DNA of 64,000 nt. Origin: a virus. The stretch covers positions 32,001 through 96,000 of IMG/VR virus record IMGVR_UViG_3300045988_164457; one strand, 5' to 3'. The notes below the pieces were generated by a model that saw nothing but the letters and a program-made list of their open reading frames with translations, had not been told where the DNA came from and searched no databases. Shown here piece by piece: positions 63,212 to 64,000 of the stretch. How positions within the stretch are numbered: position 1 is the first letter of the stretch; each line of letters begins with the position of its first letter. The translations under genes were made by a program, and so were the position numbers.

Positions 63212-63994
63212 TCAAACGCTGTATATCGGCTTTATTTTACCTCTTTTAGACATCTCATTATACTTATCCCTAAGAGTTTCCGTCCAGTTGATAGGATAAG
63301 ACATTTTGAGGTTCTTAGCTGTGTTTGTAAGTGTCTGAGGAGTGTATTTTGCAAGAGCATTGACAAGTCTTGATGTAACGATATTATTTCCATAGAGTTT
63401 GAGAAACTCTGTTGTTCCAGCGATAATATCGCCCTGCAAACTGGATTCTCTGCCGTTATAAGCTTCAACAAGACACTTTATGGCAAGAATAGTATCATCA
63501 GAATCCTTCTTATATAGCATTTCCACCTTTTTAACAGCATTGATTCTCATTCCGGTAGTCGTGTTTTTATCATAAGGCAATCTTCCGCCAACACGGGAGA
63601 CTTCTAATGCAAGTTCACATGGAAGCTTTCTGCCTGCTTCATAAGATGCAAGCGTCATCTCATTAAATGTATGCCGATGTTTCTTTTCGTACTGGTCAAC
63701 ATAATAATCCGCTTCATCGGTATAAGTCATTCCCTTATGTACAATACACTGTATATCAACAGGTCTATTCTCATTAACGGCTTCGAGAATAATCACCGTA
63801 TGCTGTCCATCAATCACATAATATATTCCGTCACGATAGGAAACGTGGACAGGATCAACTTTATTGGGATCAAATTTTTTAACACACTCAGCGATAAATT
63901 TCATATCAATTTTACGCTGATACGGCTGTTTACTTTTAAGCTGAGATGAATTTATCATTCTTATTGTCCAGCTGGGCGATGTATTGATTTCCAT
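63212..63994 (-). CDS. ParB-like / DGQH-motif nuclease-fold protein
   Basis: 'VHVSYRDGIYYVIDGQHTVIILEAVN' is similar to ParB-like and DGQHR-type domains. Confidence 0.5.
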   Translation of the reverse strand: MEINTSPSWTIRMINSSQLKSKQPYQRKIDMKFIAECVKKFDPNKVDPVHVSYRDGIYYVIDGQHTVIILEAVNENRPVDIQCIVHKGMTYTDEADYYVDQYEKKHRHTFNEMTLASYEAGRKLPCELALEVSRVGGRLPYDKNTTTGMRINAVKKVEMLYKKDSDDTILAIKCLVEAYNGRESSLQGDIIAGTTEFLKLYGNNIVTSRLVNALAKYTPQTLTNTAKNLKMSYPINWTETLRDKYNEMSKRGKIKPIYSV

Positions 63995-64000
63995 AATTTC

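Overview
This window looks like a near-complete AT-rich temperate tailed-phage genome in its excised form, because the attP-like region beside the integrase is intact. The expression signals are Firmicutes-type: AGGAGG-like RBSs and TTGACA/TATAAT promoters.

Layout:
- 1-19.5 kb (+ strand): late genes. These are the tape-measure C-terminus, baseplate and fibre genes, a lysis cassette (GH25+M15 endolysin, LL-H holin, XhlA-like), a free-standing HNH endonuclease and a second fibre module.
- 19.56-21.55 kb: two terminators, an attP-like region with GTGGGAA arm-type repeats, a tyrosine integrase and an excisionase.
- 21.5-57.4 kb (- strand): nucleotide metabolism (dUTPase, NifS-like desulfurase, FTR-like protein, NrdG, NrdH, nucleotidase, dNMP kinase, ThyX), including nrdD split by a group I intron that carries a GIY-YIG endonuclease. 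Also here are an HPr/Crh-like protein, three orphan DNA methyltransferases, a macro domain, RNA and DNA ligases, and a replication module (RecD-like helicase, DnaE, nuclease, primase, DnaB, Sak4-like ATPase).
- 57.6-58.4 kb: four tRNAs, two of them atypical.
- 58.5-64 kb: an orphan MazF toxin, three ParB-fold proteins and a second, catalytic-domain-only tyrosine recombinase.

The best candidate for an uncharacterised system is a TIR-like + SLATT (2-TM) gene pair inserted as a moron between the tape-measure and baseplate genes (1.9-3.1 kb).

All domain calls come from motif recognition by eye; no searches were run. Hand-placed coordinates for motifs, promoters and tRNAs may be off by 1-3 nt.
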